Assembly: GCA_030390025.1 (NCBI GenBank)
Contig: CM059431.1
Span: 101,992,001-102,056,000 of the forward strand
DNA length: 64,000 bases
Direction of reading: 5' to 3'
From: Squalus acanthias
Taxonomy: Eukaryota
A model generated the notes under the pieces. The model did not search any database. It was not told the DNA's origin and saw only the letters and a program-made list of their open reading frames with translations. Below are positions 1 to 11,649 of the stretch, piece by piece. The stretch's first letter is position 1, and every line of letters starts with the position of its first letter. A program made the position numbers and the translations under genes.

Positions 1-1050
1 AACCTTCGTTGCACCCCCTCTAAGGCAAGTATATCCTTCCTTTGGTACAGAGACCAGAACTGTGCACAGTACTCCAGGTGTGGTCTCACCAAGGCCCTGT
101 ACAATTGCAGTAAGACTTCCTTACTCTTGTACTCCAACCCCCTTGCAATAAAGGCCAACATACCATTTGCCTTCTGAATTGCTTGATGTGCCTGCATGTT
201 AACTTTCTGTGTTTCGTGTACAAAGACACTAAGGTCCCTCTGAACACCAACATTTAATAGTTTCTCACCATTTAAAAAAAAAAATTGTTTTTCTATTCTT
301 CCTACCAAAGTGAATAACCTCACATTTCCCCACATTATACTCCATCTGCCACCTTCTTGCCCACTCACTTAACCTGTCTGTCTGCATTCCAGATCATAAC
401 TACTTGCTGTGTAAAATTCTTTGACATCACTTAACTCTGTGACTGCTTCTCTGACATCAAGTCCTGGGTAGAGTCCCCAGTTGCTGCTACTGCAGTGGTG
501 AGCTGTGTCTACCTGCATATTGAGTGAGCATGATCTCAACACTAGTATCTATATAGAATCCTACAACACAGCAGGAGGCCACTTGGCCCATCGTGCCTGT
601 GCCGGCTCTTTGAAAGAGCTCTCCAATTAGTCCCACTCCCCTGCTTTTTCTCCATAGCAAATTTTTCCTCTTTAAGTATTTATCCAATTCCCTTTTGAAA
701 GTTACTATTGAATCTGCTTCCACCGCCCTTTCAGGCAGCGCATTCCAGATCACAACAACTCGCTGCATGAAAACAAAAATCTCATCTCCCCTCTGGTTCT
801 TTTGCCAATTACCTTCAATCTGTGTCCTCTGGTTACCGACCCTCCTGCCACTGGAAACAGTTTCTCCCTATCTACACTATCAGAACCCTTCAGGATTTTG
901 AACCCCTCTATCAAATTTCACCTTAACCTTCTCTGCTCTGTAAGGAGAACAAGCCCAGCTTCTCCAGTCTCTCCACGTAACTGAAGCCCCTCATCCCTGG
1001 TACCATTCTAGTAAATCTCCTCTGCACCCTCTCCATGGCCTTGACATCCG
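1..1050 (-). mobile_element. Two CR1 fragments (1-380 and ~550-1050)
   Basis: CR1 ORF2 C-terminal motifs (QRVVVIWNALPE) and 3' UTR. Confidence 0.8.
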
Positions 1051-1238
1051 TGGATGATAAAATTCATAGCAGAGTTTTTACTTCAACGTGCAAGATGTTA
1101 TGTGGACCACTGGTAGTTACACCAGAACTAAAATCGGCATTTGCATATAAACACTTTGGGTGGGGGGGGCCCAAAAGAAAATCAGCTGTTCCAGTTTTAG
1201 GCTTTCTTTTTAGTCTGACTAATCCTGCATGTGTCAGC

Positions 1239-1751
1239 AACAACAACTTGTACAACAATACAGCGCCTTTAACGTAGTAAAACATCCCAAGGCGCTTCAC
1301 AGGATTGTTAGCAAAAATTTTTTTGACACCGAGCCATATAAGGAAGTATTAGGGCAGATGACCAAAAGCTTGGTTGAAGAGGTAGGTGCTAAGGAATGTC
1401 TTAAAGGAGGAAAGAGAGGTTTAAGGAGGGAATTCCTGAGCTTAGGGCCTAGGCAGCTGAAGGCCGCCTGCCAATTGTGGAGCGATTAAAATCGGGGATG
1501 TTCACAAGGCCAGAATAGGCGGAGCGCAGAGGTCTCGGGGGGGGGGGGGGGTCGGGGGGCTGGAAGAGATTACAGAGATAGAGAGGGGCGAGGCCATGGA
1601 GGGATTTAAAAACAAGGATGAGAATTTTAAAATCGAGGCGTTGCTCAACTGGGAGCCAATGTAGGTCAGCGAGCAACAGGAGTGATGGGTGAACGGGACT
1701 TGGTGCGAGTTAGGACACGGGCAGCCGAGTTTTGGATCACCAAGTTTACGG
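1239..1751 (-). mobile_element. L2-clade LINE 3' fragment
   Basis: LADLHWLPVEQRLDFKILILVFKSLHGLAP ORF2 C-terminus and (GTT)n tail. Confidence 0.82.
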
Positions 1752-2492
1752 TGAGTGTCCCTTGTAAATGTTGTCTGGTGGGAGATTCATTAGCTGTTGA
1801 AAAGCGGGTTCATGTTACAATATTTTAGTTGTGATTGTAGCTTTAAGATTAAATAGTGTATTGCAATTGGAGTAGACCGGTTTTGCAGCTGGACTGGAAG
1901 AGTAGATCCTTTGAATATTGGATATCCTCTCCAGTTTGCAAAATGTAATCACTTGCATTTTAAATATGGAACATAGTCTATATTAGAATTTTTTTTTAAT
2001 AAAGTACCCCAGGTGGTGTGCAGTGGAGCATTTTCCAGTTCTAGGTATTCGCTCAGCAAACAATTGCATCCTTTAGAGCTTTTGCAGAACAGTGTGACAG
2101 CCTCAATACTAAATTGCGGTGAAACTTCAAAAAGTAGACAGACCGTTTAAAGATTAGAGTTGTGTCCCCTTGAAGTGCAGTCCCTTGCCAGAGCAATGTA
2201 TTGCAGACAGTGAAAGTTATTTTTAAAACATTTGAGCTTGACGCCTACTTGATTTATACACATTGCGCGTAACATCTTCGTATCCGTGGTTACCATGGAG
2301 CACCTCAATAACGGTGCCAGCACTTTCTCAGCAATTGACGACTGAACAAATCCTCCCTGTTGCAGATACAAGAGCAGTGAGCTCCAGACAGCAACTGGTC
2401 GTTCTGTTGTGAAGTTCGCAAATATCATAGCAATGGACAGAAAGTGATGCATTTATAGTCTGGTGCAGTCTGAGAGTGTGTACCTATCATTC

Positions 2493-2513
2493 ATATATAT
2501 ATATATATATATA
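2493..2513. repeat. (AT)n microsatellite
   Basis: About 10 AT units. Confidence 0.9.
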
Positions 2514-4015
2514 AAATTAGCTGAGCGCGTAATCACCAATTACTGTATTGCTTTTTGCAGTGCAGATGGGGCATAGATTTAAAGTAATTGGTCGGAGGTT
2601 GAGAGAGGAGTTGAGGAGAACTTTTTTCATCCAGAGGGTGGTGGGGGTCTGGAACTCACTGCCTGAAACCCTCATCGCATTTAAAAAGTACTTGGATATG
2701 CTCTTGAAGTGCTGTAACCTGCAAGGCTACGGACCAAGAGCTGGAAAGTGGGATTAGGCTGGGAAGCCCTTTTTTGATCGGCGCAGACACGACGGGCCGA
2801 ATGGCCTCCTTCTGTGCCGTAAACTTCTATGATTTACACCAAATTGCTATCCGCATACAAATCCCAAAATGTTTGGACATCTTTAAGTTTATGATGCGAA
2901 TAGAATTCTTTGCTAAGATTATTCTGCCAGCTGTTGAGTGCCTACTGACACACAACACAAGGAGTGAAGATTATCATTAGATTGCTGTTAAGCAAAGCTG
3001 ATCAATAGCAATTCTGATAATACTCAATGGTGCATAAAATAGGATTAAAAATAGAATCTTCTACCGTCCTATGTCACCTGTACTAAGTGTAGCAGGAAGA
3101 AGATCGCAGTCCATTGACTGAGTAAAGGTTAAACATGGTAAATATAAGATAGTCAATAATAAATCCAAAAGGGAATTCAGGAGGAATTTCTTTACCCAGA
3201 GAGTGGTGAGAATGTGGAACTCGCTCCCACAGGGAGTGGTTGAGGCGAATAGCACAGATGCATTTAAGGGGAAGTTAGATAAACACACGAGGGAGAAAGG
3301 AATCGAAGGATATGCTGATGGGATGAGCTGAAGTAGTGTGGGAGGGGGCTCGTGTGGAGTTTCGACACCGGCATGGATCTGTTGGGCCGAACGGCTGCTT
3401 TCTGTGCTGTAAATGCTAGTAGATCAGTCCTGAAATTTCCTGGTATTGTCAGAAAGCTTGTTTAGCGTATTGGTCTCAGTATGTTGTTAGAAAAATCCTA
3501 CTTTGAAGCCGAGCTTTAATATGGTCCCAACACAATCACCATAGCTCAAAATACAACCCAGATGTATTTTGTCTGTTTAGAAGGACAGAATGGATAATTG
3601 TATTGCCCGGGTGCTTTACAGTTCAAGTGAAAATGCCATATCCACTGTTACACTTTACTGTAGTCCGAGTGACAACACTGCTTCCAACGCAATGAACCAT
3701 CTGCTAAAATTCTGCCCTTCAAGCAATGTCAGCACTTGCTGATCGGCCAGTATTTGTGCGTTTTGAGATTAACCCTGCTATTTTGCGCGTCGGTCTTGCA
3801 TAGCATTCGTAGCATCACAAGGTGAAAGCCTTCTCTCATTCAAAAACATTGACCGGTATAATTTTTTTTTTTTAATTGAGATGCGTCGCTATTGCATGTC
3901 GATTATGTGACGGCGAGTGAGGCACAGAGTTATGCAACTGGGAAGGAACTGGAGTTTCAGCAGACGGGTGTTGTCAGGAGGTTCTGCCTCCACCAAAGCA
4001 AAATTGGAGAACGTA

Positions 4016-4570
4016 CAACAGCAACTTGCATTTATATAGCGCCTTTAATGTAGCAAATCATCCCAAGGCGCTTCACAGGAGCGATTATCAAACAAAATTT
4101 GACACCGAGCCACACGAGATATTAGGACAGGTGACCAAAAGCTTGGTCAAAGAGGTAGGTTTTATGGAGCGTCTTAAAGGAGGAGAGAGAGACAGAGAGG
4201 GTTTAGGGAGCGAATTCCAGAGCTCAGGGCCCAGGCAGCTGAAGGCACGGCCGCCAATGGTGGAGCGATGAAATTGGGGGATGCGCAAAAGGCCAGAATT
4301 GGAGGAGCGCAGAGATCTCGGAGGGCTGTAGGGCTGGAGGAGGTTATAGAGATAGGGAGGGGCGAGGAGGCCATGAAGGGATTTGAACTCTAGGATGAGA
4401 ATTTTTAAATCGGGGCGTTGCCAGCCCGGCAGCCAATGTAGGTCAGCGAGCACAGGGGATGATGGGTGAACGGGACTTGGTGCGAGTTAGAACACAGCCA
4501 GTAGAGTTTTGGATGAGCTCAAGTTTACGGATTTTGGAAAGTGGGAGGCCGGCCAGGGGAGCGTAGAGGG
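4016..4570 (-). mobile_element. L2-clade LINE 3' fragment
   Basis: LHWLP...KILIL...GGRAFSCLGPELWNSLP. Confidence 0.82.
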
Positions 4571-5682
4571 GAAGAGATAGCTGTTCTGGAACGAAAATGT
4601 ATTGATCAGGACTACTGGAGCATTACCTGAAATACCCACCTCCTTCTGAACTCTGGCTATATAGCCTTGCAGCATTATTAGCATTCATTTCATTTAGCTA
4701 TTCCATTACAAAGATATACTAATAACCATAGAATCATAGAATGGTTACAGCACAGAAGGAGGCCATTCGAGCCTGTGCCGGCTCTCTGCAAGAGCACTTC
4801 AGCTAGTCCCACTCCCCCACCCTTTCCCCGTCTCCCTGCAAATTTCTTTCCTTCAGGTACTTATCCAATTCTCTTTTGAAAGCCACGATTGAGTCTGCCT
4901 CCACCACCCTTTCAGGCAGTGCATTCCAGATCCTAACCACTCGCTGCGTAAAAAAGGTTTTTCCTCATGTCGCCTTTGGTTCTTCTGCCAATCACCTTAA
5001 ACCAGATTCCACATTCTAAATACAGTCCATTTTAAGAGTCGGGCTTATAACCGCCGGCAAAGTATACGAGAAGATTCTTGTCCTTGTGTTAGGGAATTTG
5101 CTCAAAGTACAGGCTTCTTTCCTTTTGTATGTTTTGTGAATACAAGAAGTGCGGTTCTTTGTCTTCAAGAGTAAGTGCTATCCTTGTATGGCATTCTAAA
5201 ATTATTTATAGTATCTATAGCTATACAAAGCCCTGGTTAGACCACACCTGGAGTACTATGAGCAGTTCTGGGCATTACACCGTAGGAAGGATATATTGGC
5301 CTTGGAGAGAGTGCAGCGTAGGTTTACCAGAATGATACCCGGACTCCAAGGGTTAAATTACGAGGAGAGATTACACAAACTAGGATTGTATTCACTAGAA
5401 TTTAGAAGGTTAAGGGGTGATTTGATCGAAGTTTTCAAGATATTAAAGGGTAGGTAGAAAGAAACTATTTCCGCTGGTTGGGGAGTCTAGGACTAGGGGG
5501 CATCGTCTAAAAATTGGAGCCAGGCCTTTCAGGAGTGAAGTTAGGAAACACTTCTACACACAAAGGGTTGGAACTCCCTTCCCAAACGGCGATTGATGCT
5601 AGATCAATTGTTAATTTTAAATCTGAGATTGATAGCTTTTTGTTAACCAAAGGTAATAAGGGATATGGGGCAAAGGCGGGTA

Positions 5683-6101
5683 CAGGAAACTTTCGTTTAT
5701 CCGGCATCGACGGGACCGGCGTGGTGCCGGTTTATCGAAAGTACTGGATAACGGAGAGTTATATCTACCGAGGCTATTTTTAACAAAGAGACTCCAGGCA
5801 GCACGGGAGAATCAACTCCTGCTACTGCAGTGTTTCGGACTTCCGACAGCGCCAGGAGGCCAAGTAGTGGCACTTTTGAAAAGTACCCCTACTGACTAAA
5901 TCGGCGTTCGCGGACTCGGACTCGGGACCGGCAACATTGCCGGTTATTTGAGAGGAGTTTTCGGAGCACTCGGCGTTCGCGGAGACTCGACTGCGACTCG
6001 GCAACATTACCGGTTATTTGAGAGGAGTTTTCGGAGGATGAATTTTGCCGGTTAAGCGAGAATTCCGGATATTTGGGTGCCGGATAAACGAAAGTTTCCT
6101 G
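5683..6101 (-). mobile_element. 419-bp MITE, internal-deletion derivative of the Tigger element at 16073
   Basis: Identical 24-bp TIRs, TA duplication; made of the first ~320 bp and last ~100 bp of the full element in opposite orientation; inserted in a CR1 3' fragment. Confidence 0.95.
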
Positions 6102-6775
6102 TATATGGAGTTAGGTCGCAGATCAGCCATGATCTCATTGAATGGCGGAACAGGCTCGAGGGGCTGAATGGTGGGGCTGAATGGTGGTCTCCTGTTCTTA
6201 TGGTCAAATTTAAGGATTTGACAACGGGGTAGATTTTAACGTTCACTATCGGGTGAAAATCTATTGGTAGAATATTGGTCATGCATTACATATCCTGCCA
6301 GATTGTGGAACTCTCTCTCCCAAAAAGCAATAGATGCAAGCTCAATTAATAACTTTAAATCTGAGATTGATAGATTTTTGCTAGACAAGGGTTTAAAGGG
6401 ATATGGCGTCGAGGCAGGTGGATGGAGTCAAGATACAGATCAGCCATGATCTCATTGAATGGCGAACAGGCTCGAGGGGCTAAATTACCTACTCCTGTTC
6501 CTATTTTCCCATGTATGAAATTCCTTATTAGGGTATGCACTCCGTCTAAACAAAATTTGTTTTTCAATTATCCTTAATCTGCAGTGATTTAAGTGACCTT
6601 AAATTTTTTATCTTGTAATATTAACCTATTCTGGAAAATAAAAACCCAACTCTGCCAATAACTTATTGATAAAAGGCGAGAGCGGCTGATGTACATTACT
6701 GTCTTCATTAACAGATATGTTGGGCAAAATAGGTCTGATTTCAGACCTGTATTTCTATGTCCAATTACGACATAG

Positions 6776-7234
6776 TGTCAGCCATGGCTCAGTGGGTCTC
6801 ACTCTCGCCTCTGAGTCAGACGATCGTGTGTTCAAGTCCCACTCTAGAGACTTGAGCACAAAAGGCTGACACTCCCAGTGCAGTGCTGAGGGAGTGCTGC
6901 ACTGTCGGAGGTGTCGTCTTTCGGATGAGACATTTAAGGCGAGGCCCCACCTGCCCTTACAGGTAAAAGAGCCCAGGGCACTATTTGAAGAAGAATGGGG
7001 GAGTTCTCCCCGGTGTCCTGGGGCCAACATTTATCCCTCAACCAACATCACTAAAAACAGATTATCTGGTCGTTATCACATTGCTCTTTGTGGGAGCTTG
7101 CTGTGCTCAAATTGGCTGCTGCGTTTCCTACATTACAACAGTGACTTCACTTCAAAAAGTACTTCATTGGCTGTAAAGTGATTTGGAACATCCTGAGGTG
7201 GTGAAAGTACTATAGAAATGCAAGTTCTTTCTTT
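6776..7234 (+). mobile_element. tRNA-headed DeuSINE (SacSINE1/AmnSINE1-like), near full length
   Basis: A-box-like TGGCTCAGTGG, B-box-like GTTCAAGTCC, central conserved domain, tail ...CTATAGAAATGCAAGTTCTTTCTTT. Confidence 0.82.
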
Positions 7235-7288
7235 ACGAAGTTTACCACATTGCAGTTCTCACATTTTCTTCCCTCTTTTTTTTCTTAG

Positions 7289-7519
7289 AGTTTAAAAGCA
7301 GATCCAGAAGAACTATTTACAAAACTGGAGAAGATTGGCAAGGGCTCTTTTGGTGAAGTTTTTAAAGGAATAGACAAGCGGACTCAGAAAGTTGTGGCCA
7401 TAAAAAATATTGATCTTGAAGAAGCTGAAGATGAAATTGAAGATATTCAGCAGGAAATAACTGTCCTGAGTCAGTGTGATAGCCCGTATGTTACAAAATA
7501 CTATGGATCCTATCTGAAG
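7289..7519 (+). CDS. STK24: STK24/MST3 kinase, coding exon 2 equivalent (231 nt; Gly-rich loop, catalytic Lys, alphaC)
   Basis: Polypyrimidine tract + AG at 7287-7288; translates [77 protein letters not shown]; donor GTAAGG at 7520. Nearly identical to human MST3 as I recall it. Confidence 0.96.
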
Positions 7520-8362
7520 GTAAGGCTCATCATGTTGCATATTTTTGGAGATGGGATATGGTTTCTTTCAGGTAGAATAAAACTACGGTGGCGAGACTTT
7601 GGTAAAGCATTGTATTAAGTGGTATCAAATATTTGTTGTGTTTTTAATTATGAATTTTGAGATGAACTGAGAGCACTCCTTGATTTTTCTGCAGTTTTAA
7701 TTCACCTAAACACTTGAGATCGGTGTTTAGTTGTCCTGGTGATTGGTGGTATCGCTAATAGGATTCTACCAAGATTGATTTGCGAATTCAAATTATTTGG
7801 GGTAAGGGAGCTGGGAAAAGGGCAGCAGTCTGAATTCCCCGCTAGACTATCGCTCTCTTTTGAGGGTGGACTGTACGGATTGCAGCTGCTTCTTTGCACC
7901 CACGTGCTGCCTGGTCAAACTTCACAGGCTGTCCATGGGCCAAGTGAGATTGGATCATTCCATGCTCTTTATTCCAGTTGCTTTGAGGGAGACAGGAAGA
8001 GTTGAATTAGAAGAATGATAAAGCAACTCCTACCAGAAAAAAAAACCCCTTCCAACTGGATTGAGGGTACACGACAAAGGAAAGAAAAAGCTCTTAATTC
8101 ATCGGTTAGATTTTGGATTGTACTACACGTGACACATGAGCACCGTAGAGCTCTTTGTTACACTCCTTTTGGTAGTCAAAGTTAGGGCTACCAATTTATG
8201 GTTAATGAAGTAAGTTGTAGTGTAAAAACACACTTAATCAGACTCTGCCCGCTCGCTAGTTACATCACAGAATCCAGCTCTCTGATCCAAAAGGTTGGAC
8301 ACCCCTGATTTCAAGTTCTGGATGCTACACTATGCACCTCAAGTCCTTTTTTTTTGGACTTG

Positions 8363-8806
8363 GACTTGTATTTCTATAGCGCCTTTCACGACCACCGGAC
8401 GTCTCAAAGTGCTTTACAGCCAATGAAGTACTTTTGGAGTGCAGTCACTGTTGTAATGTGGGAAACGCAGCAACCAATTTGCGCACAGCGAGCTCCCACA
8501 AACAGCAATGTGATAATGGCCAGATAATCTGTTTTTGTGATGTTAATTGAAGGATAAATATTGGCCAGGACACCGGGGAGAACTCCCCTGCTCCTCTTTG
8601 AAATAGTGCCGTGGGATCTTTTACGTCCACCTGAGAGAGCAGACAGGGCCTTGGTTTAACATCTCATCCGAAAGATGGCACCTCTGACAGTTCGGCGCTC
8701 CCTCAGCACTGCGCTGGGAGTATCAGCCTAGATTTATGTGCTCAAGTCCCTGGAGTGGGACCACAACCTTCCGACTCAGAGGCGAGTGTGCTACCCACTG
8801 AGCCAC
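8363..8806 (-). mobile_element. DeuSINE copy, near full length
   Basis: Reverse complement of the 6776-7234 family. Confidence 0.82.
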
Positions 8807-9809
8807 AACCTTCCGACTCTTACCTCAATCCCTCTCCCTCTCTCAAAATCTATCTATGTATCTATTAGAGGGGCTGACAGCCACTGACAGCATTCCCCCC
8901 TCCCGCTCGCTCCGGCCCGAACCAAACCTTGGTGTCCTGTTCGACCCCGAGCAGAGCGTGAAACGCCACATCTGATCCATCACCAAGACTGCTTATTTCC
9001 ACCTCCACAACTTTGCCCCTCTGCTGCAGAAACCCCTGTCCATGCTCTTGTCACCTTGGCTTGATTACTCTAGCATTCTCCTTGCTGGCCTCCCATCCTC
9101 CACCCACTATCAACTCCAATTTATCCAAAATACAGTTGCTTGTATCCTGTGCTGCATTTCTATGCCCCCCACCGCCCTTCATCAACCATTGGTAGAGCCG
9201 TTCGCCCCACTCTGTGGAACTCTCCACTCACCCCCTTCCAAAACCGCTCTGCCTCTCTTCCCGCCTTCTAAAAACCTCAAAACTCATCATTTTGCTCCAT
9301 GGGTTCCTATCTATTTCCATTTCTCAAGTGACTTGGGAATTTATTTATTTTGCTTTTAAAGGCTTTATACAAATATGTAAGTTGATGACGACCGGTCTTT
9401 CAAACGGATGTTTATACCGAGACCAAGTCCAACCTGACACATAATTTGTTTTGGTTCGATAGGGTAGACCTGGAGAGGATGTTTCCACTCGTGGGGTGAG
9501 AGAGTCTAAAACTAGGGGCTGTAAATATAAGATGATCACTAATAAATCCAATAGGGAATTCAGGAGAAACATCTTTACACAGAGAGTGGTGAGAATGTGG
9601 AACTCGCTACCACAGGGAGTGGTTGAGACGAATAGCGTCGATGGATTCAAGGGGAAGCTAGATAAGCACATGAGGGAGAAAGGAATAGAAGGATACGCTG
9701 ATAGGGTGAGATAAAGTAAGGTGGGAGGAGGCTCGTGTGGAGCATAAACACCGGCACGGACAGGTTGGGCCGAGTGGCCTGTTTCTGTGCTGTAAAATTC
9801 TATGTAATA

Positions 9810-10172
9810 GACTTGTATTTATGGTAGCACCTTTCATCATCTCAGACGCCTGAAAGCACTTCACAGCCAATGAATTAATGTTGAACTGCATTCACTGTTA
9901 GGAAGCAAACACAGTGGGTAGTTTGCTCATAGCAAGATCCCACAAAAAAGCAATGAGTTGAATGACCAATTAACCTGTTTTGGTGCCGTTGGTTGAGGAG
10001 TGAGTTTTGGTCAGGACACCAGAGAACTCGCTGCTCCTCCTCCTCTTCAAAAAAAAAGTGTCATGGGATCTTTTACGTCCATCTGAAGAGGCAGGCAGAC
10101 AGGGCCTTGGTTTAATCTCTCATCCAAAAAAACCAGCACCTCCAACAATGCAGTATTCCCTCAGTGCTGCAT
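9810..10172 (-). mobile_element. Degenerate DeuSINE copy
   Basis: Recognisable blocks (CTTCACAGCCAATGAA, CATGGGATCTTTTACGTCCA) with high divergence. Confidence 0.65.
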
Positions 10173-10239
10173 GAGTGTCACACCCCCCAACAGCACTGCT
10201 CTTTCTCAGTTGAGATCCAAACATAGTGTAGATTCCTGT

Positions 10240-10744
10240 AATAAAAACAGAAACTGCTGGAAACACTCAGCAGGTCAGGCGGCATCTGTGGAGAGAGAAA
10301 CAGAGTTAACGTTTCAGGTCGATGACCTTTCATCGGAGCTGGAAGATGTTCGAGATTTAACAGGTTTTTAAGCAAGTACAGAGCCTGGGGGAAAAAAGGA
10401 GATGGGGAGGAAAGAACAAAAGAGGAAGGTTTGTGATAGGGTGGAGGGCAGGAGTGATTAAAGGACCAAAGGGGGATGATGGTGCAAGGCCAAAGGGGGT
10501 GGTAATGGGACAAGTCAAGGATGGGTCCAGCGGAGGTGTAAATGGTGACATCAGAATAGCAGTGCAGTCGGGGAAGCACGGCAAATCTGGCAAAGAGGAG
10601 AAGGCTCCCATGGCCCAGGAATGTGGCGGAGCGAGGGGGCCTGGGCCACTGGGAGTGGAGGAGACGTGTGCTGGTGTTTGGGATATCCCCTGTCAATACA
10701 CGGCCGGCGGGGTCAGATATCCAGCACCCGCACTGTTTTGCTTT
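10240..10744. mobile_element. Penelope-like family A-related insertion with an unassigned GC-rich interior
   Basis: 13-bp TSD TGTAGATTCCTGT (10227-10239, 10745-10757); minus-strand 3' end with degenerate hammerhead ~10303-10340; plus-strand tail CAGATATCCAGCACCCGCACTGTTTTGCTTT at the right end. Confidence 0.75.
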
Positions 10745-11220
10745 TGTAGATTCCTGTGGCAGGTCCCGAGTGAAGCACAAGGGCGGCGCTGCTCTGGGCA
10801 CGAGCTCCAAGTCCGTCTAATGACTTCCCGCTGACAAAGTTGATTGTGTTATCTACGATTGTTTTTTTTTCAATAAAATTCCTGCAAATCAGCAAATCCC
10901 TTGTGTTTACCTAAGCAAGGGATCAGACGATGGACTGGATACGGTCAGCAAATGAGTTGGATTTGGGCCATAGTTTGGACCTTACGCCATGCCAAATTTA
11001 CTATTTAATTAACATTTGCACTTAAATTTCAGCAAGGGATGCATTTGAAAAACACATTGCCGAATTACATTCTTTTATCATGTTGTTTATGACTTGGAGG
11101 GTTTGGGGGGGAGGGGAGGAAGTAAATAAAATATCACAGGCCAGGGCTTAGGACATAGTGTCAGCTGAGCCATCCCAGCAAACCAAAGCAAGTGGGTTTT
11201 CCAGATGAAACTGATATCAA

Positions 11221-11649
11221 GAAAAAAGAAAGACTAGTATTTCTACAGCGCCTTTCACAACCTCAAAACGTCCCAAAGCGCTTTACAGCCAATGAAGTAC
11301 TTTTGAAGTGTAGCTACTGTTGTAATGTAGAAAACTTGCATGCAGCAAGCTCCCACAAACAGATCATCTGTTTCTAATGTTGGTTGAGTGGTAAATATTG
11401 GCTGGGACACCGGGGAGAATGTCTTCAAAATAATGCCCGTGCGATCTTTTACGTCCACCTGAGAGGGCAGACGGGGCCTCGGTTTAACATCTCATCCGAA
11501 AGACGGCACCTCCGGCAGTGCAGCACTCCCTCAGCACTACACTGGGAGCGTCAGCCTGGATTTTTGTGCTTAATCTCTGGAGTGGGGCTTGAACCCACAA
11601 CCTTCTGACTCGGGCGAGAGTGCTGCCCGCTGAGCCCCCCGGCTGTGAC
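11221..11649 (-). mobile_element. DeuSINE copy
   Basis: Same family, head to tail with internal deletions. Confidence 0.8.

Larger units (their letters stand above)
2563..6505. mobile_element. Scattered CR1 3' ends: 2563-2832(+), 3140-3415(+), 4725-5003(-), 5215-5680 and 6104-6200(+), 6300-6505(+)
   Basis: FFTQRVV..WNSLP motifs and GGGCCGAATGGCCT hairpin tails. Confidence 0.75.

Noticed and set aside
1537..1559. G-run as a functional G-quadruplex
   Set aside because: A homopolymer expansion inside an L2 fragment, of unreliable length and with no supporting context.
1..7288. STK24 first exon or promoter
   Set aside because: No MAHSPVQ-like exon or CpG island seen; ORF 2147-2452 has no recognisable homology.
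10178..10810. 210-aa minus-strand ORF
   Set aside because: Runs across Penelope UTR and TSD junctions with no recognisable domain.
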